From Candidatus Magasanikiibacteriota bacterium (GTDB lineage: Bacteria; Patescibacteriota; Patescibacteriia; Magasanikbacterales; UBA922): a stretch of DNA of 64,000 nt. Below the pieces are notes generated by a model. It worked only from the letters and a program-made list of their open reading frames with translations, made no database searches and was not told where the DNA came from. The stretch lies in NCBI GenBank assembly GCA_003518365.1, contig DOYU01000021.1:492-64491 (forward strand). The letters run 5' to 3'. The translations under genes were made by a program, and so were the position numbers. Positions 47,360 through 57,148 of the stretch are shown here, piece by piece; position 1 is the stretch's first letter; every line of letters starts with the position of its first letter.

Positions 47360-47620
47360 ATGGGGAGGCAAGATTTCAATAGAAAACAATGTATACGAGC
47401 ATTACTAAAACTGGGATTTGTAAAAGATAATAAACGACGTGGGAGTCATGACAAATTCAAGGCACCCGAACATGTATTACAACAAAGACAAGCAAATCAG
47501 CCCCCTTTTATCATGGTTCCAAGGTCAAGACAACTTCACTGCCAGTTGGAAATATTGAAAGAACTATGGGCTTTTGGTGGCGATGCATTTGTGGAAGAAT
47601 TTTTAGGCCATATAAAATAA
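47360..47620 (+). CDS. hicA: HicA-family toxin (YcfA-like mRNA interferase)
   Basis: CIRALLKLGFVKDNKRRGSHDKFKAP...FIMVPRSRQLHCQLEILKEL matches the HicA pattern. Confidence 0.65.
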   Translation: MGRQDFNRKQCIRALLKLGFVKDNKRRGSHDKFKAPEHVLQQRQANQPPFIMVPRSRQLHCQLEILKELWAFGGDAFVEEFLGHIK

Positions 47621-47630
47621 AAACACAGTT

Positions 47631-47924
47631 GTGTCCTTATTAAGGGGAAAAAACAATTCGAGAACAAATAGAAATATAGTCTTCTTTGTAGTCTCTTTTT
47701 TTATTACATTGAATCTTTTTGGTTACACCGGACCACATATTCTAAATCTAATTTTATACTTAGCTTTTTCCGCGTGGTTGACTATCCCCATATTTTCCTA
47801 TAAAGAAGAAAATGTTGACCTAACAAAGTTAATTATCGGTTACCTTTTGTGGGTCGCTATCCAATATTCCATTGTACTATTTGGCATTGCACCTCCAGAA
47901 GGATCGGGAATCCCTCATTTTTAA
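47631..47924 (+). CDS. Small hypothetical membrane protein (97 aa)
   Basis: Two or three predicted TM helices. AT-rich. Confidence 0.4.
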   Translation: MSLLRGKNNSRTNRNIVFFVVSFFITLNLFGYTGPHILNLILYLAFSAWLTIPIFSYKEENVDLTKLIIGYLLWVAIQYSIVLFGIAPPEGSGIPHF

Positions 47925-47943
47925 TGATTACCTCCAATAACTT

Positions 47944-48375
47944 ATGGACAAAGAAAAGATTGATTTTGAATTTCTAAAAATTCAAATGGACTCATTGCAT
48001 ACTTCAGTACGTTCTAAATTAGCGATTGTTCCACAAATTGCTGCTTTGTCAGCAACAGTTCTTGTTATAGCAACTTTTAGCGATGAACTTTTACAAATAA
48101 CAGGATTATTTAAAGCATCATTATCAGTATTACTCGCATTAATACCAATATCACTTTTGTTTTATCTAATTGAGGTTCATATATCTATAGATAAAGGTGT
48201 TAAAATTATTGAAGAAATTACTAAAGCTGCGCCAGGAGAATTGATGAAAAAAGTAACAGAGAAGCAACCGAAAAAAATAGTATTATTCAATTTTTTGGCA
48301 AATTACTATCCTTTTTTTGCTACAATTCTGTTATCACTCGTGATAGTCTATACTATTTCCCAAATTTGGTGTTAA
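47944..48375 (+). CDS. Hypothetical membrane protein (143 aa)
   Basis: Predicted TM helices. AT-rich. Confidence 0.4.
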   Translation: MDKEKIDFEFLKIQMDSLHTSVRSKLAIVPQIAALSATVLVIATFSDELLQITGLFKASLSVLLALIPISLLFYLIEVHISIDKGVKIIEEITKAAPGELMKKVTEKQPKKIVLFNFLANYYPFFATILLSLVIVYTISQIWC

Positions 48376-48386
48376 GGTGACTCTCC

Positions 48387-50183
48387 CTACACCAACCTCC
48401 CCAACTCCCCTTCCATTCCATCAATCTTCTCTTGAATAAGAAGCCACTCCTTCTCTACTCCCTCGAGCTCGTAGGTGATATGATCTACCTGCTCTTTTTT
48501 TATACGTGAAAAACTATTTGGATTTTGTTCAAACCAAACAAACAACTCTTGCTTTTCTTTTTCCAGCTCCATCATCCTCACTTCTGCATCATGCAGATTC
48601 TTTTTTTCTTGCTTGAGTTCCTCTCTGATTTCAATGCGTCGTTCTTTCTTTTCGTTTGGGGTTTTTTCTTCTTCTGCGAGCTCTGGCATGGCGATGTGCA
48701 GACGTTCTTTCAGATGATAAATATAATTTTCATAATCATGAAGCGATCGACGTACTTTTCCGCCACCTACTTCGATAATACTCGTCGCAATATTATTTAC
48801 AAACGTTCTATTGTGACTCACAAAAAGAATAGTGATATTCGTCTCTGACAGAGCTTCAGCAAGAGCTTCAACAGTTTCAAAATCGAGATGGTTTGTCGGC
48901 TCGTCGAGGAGAAGGACATCATTCTTTTGGAGCAAAAGTCCTGCCAGACACAGCCGTGCCTTTTCTCCCCCACTCAGGACAGAAATCGGCTTTTTCAGAT
49001 CCTCGTCTGAAAAAAGAAAATTGCCTGCCATCTGAAAGACATCTTGATCTTTTACCTCTGGACCAGCCATATGCACGAGATGATCACCGACTTGATCTTT
49101 TGGATTGAGCATGTCAGGCACATGCTGAGCATAGTAGCCAATGCGAATATGCACACCAAACTTGTATGATCCTGCAAGTGGCGTGAGTGCTCCGGCAATA
49201 GTTTTGAGAAGCGTAGTTTTTCCTTGTCCATTGTTTCCCACGATTGCCACATGCTCTCCCCGCTCGATGTGAAATGAAATATCACTCGCAACGGTATACT
49301 CCGGATACCCGATCGACATCTCGTGCAGAGAAAGTGCTGTTCCTTTTTTATCAGATACAGAAGGAATCGCTATCATGGCACTGCGACTAGGATTCACGAT
49401 CGTGATCGTCTGCAATTTATGAAGTTGCTTCAATTTTGATTGTGCTTGCGATGCTTTTGATGCTTTGTATCGAAAACGGTCGACAAAGGATTGCAAGTGT
49501 CGTTGTTCTTTTGCAATTTTTTTATTGTACCTGCGTGCAAATTCTTCTTGTTGTTCTTTATAGAGCAGATATGCTTCGAGTGGTTGAGGAAAAAAACTTG
49601 CCTTGCCCTGTGCAATCTCGAGTGTCTCTGTGCACGTACGCTTCAAGAATTCTCTGTCATGCGAGATGAGCAAAAAACTTCCAGAAAAGTTTCGCAAAAA
49701 TTGTTCGAGAAGGAGCAGTGTCGAAAGATCGAGATAGTTTGTCGGCTCGTCGAGCAAAAGCAAGTTTGGATCTTCGAGAAGCATCGCCACGATCTTCACG
49801 CGCATCTGATATCCTCCGGCAAAGGATCCGATCTCGCGCGTGAGTTGTGCTTTTTTCAAATGAAATTGTCCAGCCATCTTTGCACATTCCCATTCTTCCT
49901 TGCCGCTCGAACGCATGAGAAAACCGATGACAGTTTCTGTGAGTTCAAAGGGATTTTCTTGCTGACGCAGATAGCCGATGCGCGCATTCTGATGAATCTT
50001 TACTTCTCCCTCCTCTGCCTCTTCGAGTCCCATGATGATTTTGAAAAGCGTCGACTTCCCCGCTCCATTTCTCCCCACCACCCCAATATGCTGCCCAGTA
50101 GACACGGTCAACGACAAATTATCAAACAAAGGATTGATATCATATGACTTTTTCAGATTTGCGACCTGGAGGAGAATCGACAT
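48387..50183 (-). CDS. ABC-F family ATPase (Uup/YheS-like) with two ABC domains and a C-terminal coiled coil
   Basis: Two Walker A sites (GRNGAGKST, GNNGQGKTT), two LSGGE signatures and an EEEK-rich coiled-coil tail. Start at MSILLQVANL. Confidence 0.85.
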   Translation of the reverse strand: MSILLQVANLKKSYDINPLFDNLSLTVSTGQHIGVVGRNGAGKSTLFKIIMGLEEAEEGEVKIHQNARIGYLRQQENPFELTETVIGFLMRSSGKEEWECAKMAGQFHLKKAQLTREIGSFAGGYQMRVKIVAMLLEDPNLLLLDEPTNYLDLSTLLLLEQFLRNFSGSFLLISHDREFLKRTCTETLEIAQGKASFFPQPLEAYLLYKEQQEEFARRYNKKIAKEQRHLQSFVDRFRYKASKASQAQSKLKQLHKLQTITIVNPSRSAMIAIPSVSDKKGTALSLHEMSIGYPEYTVASDISFHIERGEHVAIVGNNGQGKTTLLKTIAGALTPLAGSYKFGVHIRIGYYAQHVPDMLNPKDQVGDHLVHMAGPEVKDQDVFQMAGNFLFSDEDLKKPISVLSGGEKARLCLAGLLLQKNDVLLLDEPTNHLDFETVEALAEALSETNITILFVSHNRTFVNNIATSIIEVGGGKVRRSLHDYENYIYHLKERLHIAMPELAEEEKTPNEKKERRIEIREELKQEKKNLHDAEVRMMELEKEKQELFVWFEQNPNSFSRIKKEQVDHITYELEGVEKEWLLIQEKIDGMEGELGRLV

Positions 50184-50276
50184 ATGCGGACATGCTAGCA
50201 GAAATATGCAGAAAAATCCAGGGAAACAATACAACAAAAAACGCCTTTTGAAAAAGCGTCCTTTGTAAAAAGTATG

Positions 50277-51302
50277 TTATGAAATTCTGACACTTTCCCC
50301 ACTTTCCATAGACGCATATGAAGCTTCCACAATCTCGAGCGTCGATAAGACTTCATCTTTTGTAATATAGGCAGGAGCATGGTGAAACATCACATCATAC
50401 ATATTTTGGATCACACCAATATGCCCATATCCATAGACCGTATCTGCAGTATCGGGAAATGATACGGCTCGATACGCGTCTTCTCCGAGCCCTTGCCAAG
50501 AAACAATTTCATCCATTGCTTTGCCACCAATTTTGACTGTGGCATGTTCAAAACACATCGTAATACTTCCTTCTAAATTTTCTGGATACGAAATAGTATT
50601 CACCTGACACGATCCTATCACATCATTATGAAATTTTACTTGCAATGAGACGACATCTTCACTCTCCATTGCATGTCCATAATTGCCACCAAACGCAAAC
50701 ACATGTTTTGGTGTAGACTCGACGACATGACACATCATATCGACATAATGAATTCCCTGATTCATGAGCACACCACCTTCCAAATCTTTTTTGCCATGCC
50801 ATCCATCATCATAATAACTTTGTGGACGATACCAAAAACAAGATGCATTGACATATTGCAATGTCCCGACAACATCTCTTTGCGTCTGCAAAAATCGTAC
50901 CGGAGGATTAAATCTATTTTGCATCACAGGCAACAACAATCTGCTATATTCTGTTGCCACATCAAACATATCTTTTGCATCAGAGAATTTCATGGCAAGT
51001 GGTTTTTCAACAATCACATCTTTTCCAGCTTTCATACTATCTATGGCAATCTGCCGATGTGATGCAGGAGGCGTACAGATAGCAATAACATCCACCGTGT
51101 CATCTTGAAGCAACGCCTGATAGTCCGTATACATGCGTACACTTCCGTCTATTGTATGGACCAAGGCATCCATTCTTGCCTGATCAGTATCACAGAGAGC
51201 AACAATGGTTGCGTGTGTTACCGCATGGACAGCGTGAATATAGGTAGAAGCAATACGCCCACATCCAATAAGTCCAATGCGAAGAGATTTGTGTGTTGTC
51301 AT
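50277..51302 (-). CDS. Gfo/Idh/MocA-family NAD(P)-dependent oxidoreductase
   Basis: Internal Met gives LRIGLIGCGRIA (Rossmann fold) and EKPLA. Confidence 0.75.
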   Translation of the reverse strand: MTTHKSLRIGLIGCGRIASTYIHAVHAVTHATIVALCDTDQARMDALVHTIDGSVRMYTDYQALLQDDTVDVIAICTPPASHRQIAIDSMKAGKDVIVEKPLAMKFSDAKDMFDVATEYSRLLLPVMQNRFNPPVRFLQTQRDVVGTLQYVNASCFWYRPQSYYDDGWHGKKDLEGGVLMNQGIHYVDMMCHVVESTPKHVFAFGGNYGHAMESEDVVSLQVKFHNDVIGSCQVNTISYPENLEGSITMCFEHATVKIGGKAMDEIVSWQGLGEDAYRAVSFPDTADTVYGYGHIGVIQNMYDVMFHHAPAYITKDEVLSTLEIVEASYASMESGESVRIS

Positions 51303-51638
51303 ACGTGTCTCAGTTAAAAAACAGGATCGATATATATCGTACCATATATGTAAAAACTGCATAGGGTGTCTCCTATCTTGGCTTTTTGTATAAAAAAAGA
51401 TAGAATGACCTACTTTTTGATTTGACATCGCTTTTTTGTACGTGATTCTCTCCCGTATACAAAAGCTGGGTCAACTCGACCAAAGAAATACCTCGGAGGA
51501 ATTTCCATGATCAAGTTCATCGTCACCGCCGGGCCGGCGCTGACACCCATGACCCACTCTCTCCGGAGGTGGGTCTGTTGCTTTCTATCGCATTCTATTT
51601 TACTATGAATAGTATAATAACCTTTTAAGCCTTCCCCT

Positions 51639-51995
51639 ATGCCGGAACAACTCCACCACGGCAGCTGCCACTGCGGCGCTGTCGCATACGATGTGACCAT
51701 GTCACTCGACAACACAATCACCTGCAATTGTTCTATGTGCGGACGCGCAGGAACCATTCTTGCGTTTGTGCCAGCAGAAAAATTCACCCTTCTCTCAGGA
51801 GAAGACGCACTCACAAATTATCAATTCAATAAAAAAGTGATTGATCATCTCTTTTGCAGCATCTGCGGGATCAAAGCATTTGGGAAAGGAAAAGACAACG
51901 ATGGGAATGATACCGTTGCAGTAAATGTTCGCTGTCTTGATGGTGTTGATATTGAAAGTCTTTCCCCGTATCAGTACGATGGCAAAAATGTATAA
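51639..51995 (+). CDS. GFA (glutathione-dependent formaldehyde-activating / CENP-V-like) family protein
   Basis: CHCGAV...CNCSMC...C Zn-binding Cys pattern. Confidence 0.7.
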   Translation: MPEQLHHGSCHCGAVAYDVTMSLDNTITCNCSMCGRAGTILAFVPAEKFTLLSGEDALTNYQFNKKVIDHLFCSICGIKAFGKGKDNDGNDTVAVNVRCLDGVDIESLSPYQYDGKNV

Positions 51996-52173
51996 GAAAT
52001 CCCCATCGACAAATTACGTTTGCCAACAATGTTCATCATAATGTATGTACATTACAGCAACCCTCTTCCCTTAAGCTGTTTGTCCCGATTTGATCGGGAT
52101 TGGTGACAAAAAGTAAGGGAGGAAATAAAAAACGTTCGCCATATCAGCAAACGTTTTTACTATATCATGAATA

Positions 52174-53046
52174 TTATTTCTTCTCCTGCGGAGATTTTGG
52201 GAGTTGTATGTCTGACATCGGCGGTTGCTGCGGCATCTTTTTCATACCGTAGAAAAGAGCGCCAAACATGAACCCAAGGAGAATGATCGAGTATACATAC
52301 GGCACAGGAAAGACCATCAAAAGCATGATGAGCTGCACAATCGTAGGAACGGTCAGTGCATACACACCGATGGTGAACACCTGCCAATAGGTAATAGGCT
52401 TTTTGTCTGCGCGCGCGACCACGTAGACCAGCCATGACATAATACCCAGAAAAAACAATTTCCACATGCCCAGAAAACCGGTAATCACAAGCGCAATAGC
52501 AAGCAAAATCCACGGCATGGCACCCTGAAAAAATGTTGTTAATTTGTCACTCACCTGCTGTCTTGTCACAGAAAAGGAAGGAACATTTTTGATATATTCT
52601 GTTTGGACATTCTTCAAATCCTGATCATAGACTTTGATCAGTTTACTCGTGAGCACGAGCGTTGGTATCTCATCGACAACATCGCCACGCGCGTCTTCGA
52701 TACTCACAGAACTCGTTGTCACGGTATCAACATAGAGGAGCATGGCATCACCTTCTGTACTTTCAAAAATCTGACGATATGGCTGTTCCAATCCTGAAAT
52801 GGATAAGGTGCCATCCTGCACTGATACAGCAACATCTGGTGCATTCTCAGTCACTTCATTCCAATACACCAATGCTTGTGATGGCAAATCTCGGACGAAC
52901 AGATAGCCACCAATCACCACGACAAGAAAAAAGAATATGAAAAAATACGCAAGCGCGCTGCCAAGTTTTTCTCGGTTTGATGCCAGCCAGGTGACATCAT
53001 AACAACTTTTGTAGAAGGCTGTTGCAATATGTTTGAGAAATTTCAT
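52174..53046 (-). CDS. DUF1189-family membrane protein
   Basis: N- and C-terminal TM segments with a central soluble region, consistent with DUF1189-type architecture. Medium-confidence recall. Confidence 0.45.
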   Translation of the reverse strand: MKFLKHIATAFYKSCYDVTWLASNREKLGSALAYFFIFFFLVVVIGGYLFVRDLPSQALVYWNEVTENAPDVAVSVQDGTLSISGLEQPYRQIFESTEGDAMLLYVDTVTTSSVSIEDARGDVVDEIPTLVLTSKLIKVYDQDLKNVQTEYIKNVPSFSVTRQQVSDKLTTFFQGAMPWILLAIALVITGFLGMWKLFFLGIMSWLVYVVARADKKPITYWQVFTIGVYALTVPTIVQLIMLLMVFPVPYVYSIILLGFMFGALFYGMKKMPQQPPMSDIQLPKSPQEKK

Positions 53047-53166
53047 AATAAATCCTGATATGCGGATAATCCAGATCAACAGATACGTATCCGTGGATCT
53101 GGATTATCTGGATATCCGTATGCTGCTACAAACAAAAACACCCCTGTTACGGGGCGTAGTGTACCA

Positions 53167-53322
53167 TTACTTGGTTTCCTTGTGCAAAGTATGAGTGCCG
53201 CAAGTTGGGCAGAGTTTCTTGAGCTCGAGGCGATCCTTGAGCTTTTGTTTATTTTTTCTAGAAAAATGGTTGATCTGCTTGCACTGCTCACATTGCAGCT
53301 TGATCATCTGTTTCTGTGCCAT
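53167..53322 (-). CDS. rpmG: 50S ribosomal protein L33. Not in the ORF track (under 60 aa); it replaces the spurious 53076..53291 and 53182..53397 ORFs.
   Basis: Manual translation: MAQKQMIKLQCEQCKQINHFSRKNKQKLKDRLELKKLCPTCGTHTLHKETK. Coordinates come from the printed numbering (+/-2). Confidence 0.85.
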   Translation of the reverse strand: MAQKQMIKLQCEQCKQINHFSRKNKQKLKDRLELKKLCPTCGTHTLHKETK

Positions 53323-53449
53323 ATGATTAATTACAGAATGATGTTAGTAGTGCAAAGACTATACAGGATTGCGGGAGATTTGTCAATACACACATAAAGG
53401 GAAGAGCCTCCATTGATTTTTGGCTCTATTATGCTATCCTCTGTCATAT

Positions 53450-54700
53450 ATGAGAGTAGCCATCGTAGGTGGAGGCGCCGCTGGCATGATGTGCGCCGCA
53501 ACTATCGCAGAGGAATATCCACATGTGGAAATCTTTGTGCTCGAAAAAAACGCCTCTCTTGGCAAAAAAGTCATTATTTCCGGTGGTGGGAGATGTAATG
53601 TTACGACCGGTATAGAAGACATTGCATTGGTACTCGAAAAATATCCTCGCGGCAATAAATTTCTCCAATCTGCCATGCATCGATTTTCTCCGAGCATGGT
53701 CTATGCTTGGTTTGAAGCACATGGCGTTCCACTCAAATGTGAAGACGATTTGCGAGTGTTTCCCGTATCAAATAATGGGAAAGATATTGTGGCGGTGTTT
53801 GAAGATATATTTGAAGAAGCAGACGTTCACGTCAAATATAAACACAATGTACAAGATATAACAAAAAAAGAAACAGGATTTGTTCTTTCTTTCAAAGATC
53901 AAAATGATCTCGAGGTAGACAAGGTCGTCATGGCACTCGGTGGACAAGCGTATCGTCACACCGGATCTACTGGCGACGGATATTATATCCTCGAACAATT
54001 GGGACACACAATCACTCCCCTTGCACCAAGTCTCAATTCTTTTTTGACAAAAGAATCCTGGCCAAAAGAACTTTCTGGCCTTTCATTTCAAAAAGCAACC
54101 ATTTTTGTACACGGACAAAAAAAACAATATAACAGTACCGGCCCATTTCTCTTTACCCATACTGGTGTCAGCGGCCCGGCAGTGTTTGCACTGTCTTCTC
54201 GAATTGCATTTCTTGACTATGACAAAACGAATCCACTCGCAATACAGATAGATGTCTTTCCAGACCAGACAGAACAAGAACTTCTTGAAAGACTTCAACA
54301 AACGAGAGAAGAACACATGCAAAAAACATTCAAAAATACGTTACCCCACTTGGTAGCGAAGTCACTTGCAGAAGAAATGTGTATCCAACTCGATATTCCC
54401 CTCGATAAAAAAAATGCCGACATGAGTAAAAAAGAATTGGCACGTATCGCAACATATGTAAAAGGAATACCACTCGAAGTAATTGGACGCGGTGCAGGAG
54501 ATGAATTTGTGACTGCCGGTGGCGTCGAACTCACAGAGGTCGACCCAAAAACAATGGAATCAAAAATATGTCCTGGACTGTACTTTGCAGGAGAAATTCT
54601 TGACGTCGACGGCTATACAGGCGGATTCAACTTACAAGCGTCTTGGGCAACTGGGAATGCTGCGGGTATAGCGATTGGAAGTAATGTGCCATTAGCCTAA
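53450..54700 (+). CDS. HI0933/BaiN-like NAD(P)/FAD-dependent oxidoreductase
   Basis: VAIVGGGAAGMMCA (FAD dinucleotide fold), GGGRCNVTT, and GEILDVDGYTGGFNLQ at the C-terminus. Confidence 0.8.
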   Translation: MRVAIVGGGAAGMMCAATIAEEYPHVEIFVLEKNASLGKKVIISGGGRCNVTTGIEDIALVLEKYPRGNKFLQSAMHRFSPSMVYAWFEAHGVPLKCEDDLRVFPVSNNGKDIVAVFEDIFEEADVHVKYKHNVQDITKKETGFVLSFKDQNDLEVDKVVMALGGQAYRHTGSTGDGYYILEQLGHTITPLAPSLNSFLTKESWPKELSGLSFQKATIFVHGQKKQYNSTGPFLFTHTGVSGPAVFALSSRIAFLDYDKTNPLAIQIDVFPDQTEQELLERLQQTREEHMQKTFKNTLPHLVAKSLAEEMCIQLDIPLDKKNADMSKKELARIATYVKGIPLEVIGRGAGDEFVTAGGVELTEVDPKTMESKICPGLYFAGEILDVDGYTGGFNLQASWATGNAAGIAIGSNVPLA

Positions 54701-54955
54701 ATACCAACAATTTTGGATTTGTCACCATGACCATGACGTCTGACATTAATTTGAATTACGAAAAACATTTCTTCTTATCCAAGGGGTTTTAAGGGGAAAG
54801 CTGTTTGAGCCTAAGTGCTTGCCAATGAGTATTTTCTTAGCACCGACACAGGCGAGTTCTTTCCCCTAACACTTTTTGTTACTTTTTGGTGACAAAAAGT
54901 AAGGGAAGAAGTATATATATTATTATCTGAAACATCTTTCTTAAAAAAGAAAGTA

Positions 54956-56086
54956 TTATTTCTTATAATACTTCTTTCCCTGCAACTTCTCCGGCAAAAA
55001 ACTTTTCTTTGATCTCATCTCATACCCTTCACCATATCCAAGTTCTTTCATCAAGGCTGTCGGGGCATTCCGGACTTCCATAGGAATAGACAAATTTCCA
55101 TGTGCCTTCACATCTGCCTCTGCCGCGCGGAGGGCATCGTAGGCAGATCGATCTTTTTTACTTTCTGCGAGATAGACGACGCCGTGAGCCAAATTGATCG
55201 CGCATTCCGGCAATCCTATTGTCTCTACTGATCGAAATACTTCATTTGCCACGACGAGCGCGGTTGGCTGCGCCATGCCGATGTCTTCACTCGCAAAGAC
55301 GACCATCCTTCGCGCAATAAACTTTGGGTCTTCACCAGCATCAAGCATCCGTGCGAGATAGTACACCGCCGCATCCGGCTGGCTCGCGCGCATAGATTTG
55401 ATAAAGGCGCTAATCGTGTTGTAATGTTCCTCCCCTTTTTTATCGTAGCGCAGATGTTTTGATTGCAGCGCTTCTTTCAAATGCTCGACAGTAATGGTGG
55501 TATATAATTCTTTTGTCTGCTCTAGCATGGTCAGTGCTTGGCGTGCGTCACCGTTTGCCATAGCAATGAGCCATTCCATAGCATCGTCTGGAATATACAT
55601 CTTTGTGGCTGTCAAAATAACGCGCATATCATCTGGCGTATGTTCGTGCAAGACAAACACCCGACATCGTGATAAGAGCGCGGAGATGACTTCAAAGCTG
55701 GGATTTTCTGTGGTCGCGCCGATCAACACGATTTCTCCAGATTCCACAAACGGGAGCAGATAATCTTGTTGCGCTTTATTGAAGCGATGAATTTCGTCGA
55801 GAAACAATATTTTTTGCGAATCACTTTCTGTCTTGATCACTTTTTCTACATCAGCCTTTTTTGCAGAGACAGCAGAGAGTTCAAAAAAATTTGCACCGAG
55901 ACTTTCTGCATATATTTTTGCCAATGTTGTCTTGCCACTTCCCGGAGGCCCCCAAAGAAGAAATGAAAACATATGCCCCTGCTCGATCGCTTTGCGAAGT
56001 GGCTTTCCGGGTCCCACAAGATGTTCTTGACCAATAAAGTCGTCAAGTGCCCGCGGACGGAGTTGTGTGGCGAGTGGGGTTTTCAT
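54956..56086 (-). CDS. rarA: Replication-associated recombination protein A (AAA+)
   Basis: LRPRALDDFIGQEHLVG...LLWGPPGSGKTTLA...LFLDEIHRFNKAQQD. Confidence 0.85.
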   Translation of the reverse strand: MKTPLATQLRPRALDDFIGQEHLVGPGKPLRKAIEQGHMFSFLLWGPPGSGKTTLAKIYAESLGANFFELSAVSAKKADVEKVIKTESDSQKILFLDEIHRFNKAQQDYLLPFVESGEIVLIGATTENPSFEVISALLSRCRVFVLHEHTPDDMRVILTATKMYIPDDAMEWLIAMANGDARQALTMLEQTKELYTTITVEHLKEALQSKHLRYDKKGEEHYNTISAFIKSMRASQPDAAVYYLARMLDAGEDPKFIARRMVVFASEDIGMAQPTALVVANEVFRSVETIGLPECAINLAHGVVYLAESKKDRSAYDALRAAEADVKAHGNLSIPMEVRNAPTALMKELGYGEGYEMRSKKSFLPEKLQGKKYYKK

Positions 56087-56128
56087 ATATACCAGCAGTA
56101 AGCAATAAGCAGAGTAAGCAGAATATGC

Positions 56129-56515
56129 TTATCGCTTATCTACTGACTGAAATCCAAGCGAAAGGGAATTGATACAATACCGCTTACCAGTCTCTGTCGG
56201 ACCGTCGTCAAAGATGTGGCCAAGATGAGAACCACACTGTGCGCAGCGTACTTCTGTTCTCGTCATGCCCAGAGTAGTATCATCGAGAAATGTCACTGTC
56301 CCCTCTCCCATATCACGATCAAAACTCGGCCATCCACAATGGGAGTCAAATTTTGCGCCAGAAGCAAATAACACATTGCCGCAAGCTGCACATGTGTAGG
56401 ATCCGTCTTCTTTGTGATCGAGAAATTTGCCGGAAAATGGCGCTTCGGTACCACGTTCTCTAAGAATGTGATATTGTTCTTGGGTAAGTTTCTCTCTGAA
56501 CTCTTGGTCGTTCAT
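56129..56515 (-). CDS. msrB: Peptide-methionine (R)-S-oxide reductase
   Basis: Two CxxC pairs (CAACGNVLF...HCGWPSF...RTEVRCAQCGSHLGHIFDDGP). Confidence 0.85.
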   Translation of the reverse strand: MNDQEFREKLTQEQYHILRERGTEAPFSGKFLDHKEDGSYTCAACGNVLFASGAKFDSHCGWPSFDRDMGEGTVTFLDDTTLGMTRTEVRCAQCGSHLGHIFDDGPTETGKRYCINSLSLGFQSVDKR

Positions 56516-56650
56516 ATAGGGAGGTGTGAGAAAGTACAATGTATAGGTTCATCGTACGTCGAATTGGCAGGTTGGTCAACTCACAGCATTGTATTGACTA
56601 CTTGACGGGAATACGGTATAGTTAGCCTCGCAAAAAACAATGGATTTTAT

Positions 56651-56727
56651 GCGCGCCTAGCTCAGTTGGTTAGAGCATCTCGTTTACACCGAGAGGGTCG
56701 GGGGTTCGAATCCCTCGGCGCGCACCA
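56651..56727 (+). tRNA. tRNA-Val (anticodon TAC), with CCA encoded
   Basis: Manual fold: acceptor GCGCGCC/GGCGCGC, D-arm GCTC-AGTTGGTTA-GAGC, anticodon stem TCTCG/CGAGA with loop TTTACAC, T-arm GGGGG-TTCGAAT-CCCTC, then ACCA. Confidence 0.8.
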
Positions 56728-56812
56728 AGAACATAAGCAATAAACACTAAACAATAAACAGTCGTTACTCAAAATTGTTTATTGCCTGCTGTTTATTGTT
56801 TATTTTTTTCAT

Positions 56813-56888
56813 GCCGTCATAGCTCAGTTGGTAGAGCGCATCCATGGTAAGGATGAGGTCTCGGGTTCGATTCCCGATGTCGGCTCAA
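56813..56888 (+). tRNA. tRNA-Thr (anticodon GGT)
   Basis: D-arm GCTCAGTTGGTAGAGC, anticodon stem CATCC/GGATG with loop ATGGTAA, T-arm TCGGG-TTCGATT-CCCGA. There is one T-T mismatch in the acceptor stem. Confidence 0.7.
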
Positions 56889-56889
56889 A

Positions 56890-56926
56890 AAAAACATTGC
56901 TACATCAAGCAATGTTTTTTTTGCAA
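56890..56926 (+). terminator. Rho-independent terminator after the tRNA pair
   Basis: AAAAAAAACATTGCT-acatca-AGCAATGTTTTTTTTG. Confidence 0.7.
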
Positions 56927-57148
56927 TCAATGTTTGAACTGAGCATCAAGAATATTCTATTCATTTTCAATACATCTCACACCAACAAAAAAGTACCTCG
57001 CTCATCACCAAAATTCCTCCTATATATTTATTCATAACATAGACATGTTAGCATCTACTACTCTAAGTCAAACCATGCCTTATACGCTCTACATCTCCTA
57101 CACATTATGTGATATACTCTTATCAATAATGACCTCCTCTGCCTGTCT

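Noticed and set aside
53076-53397. Track ORFs 53076..53291(-) and 53182..53397(+)
   Set aside because: They overlap a perfectly conserved rpmG (L33) reading frame found by manual translation, and are replaced by rpmG.
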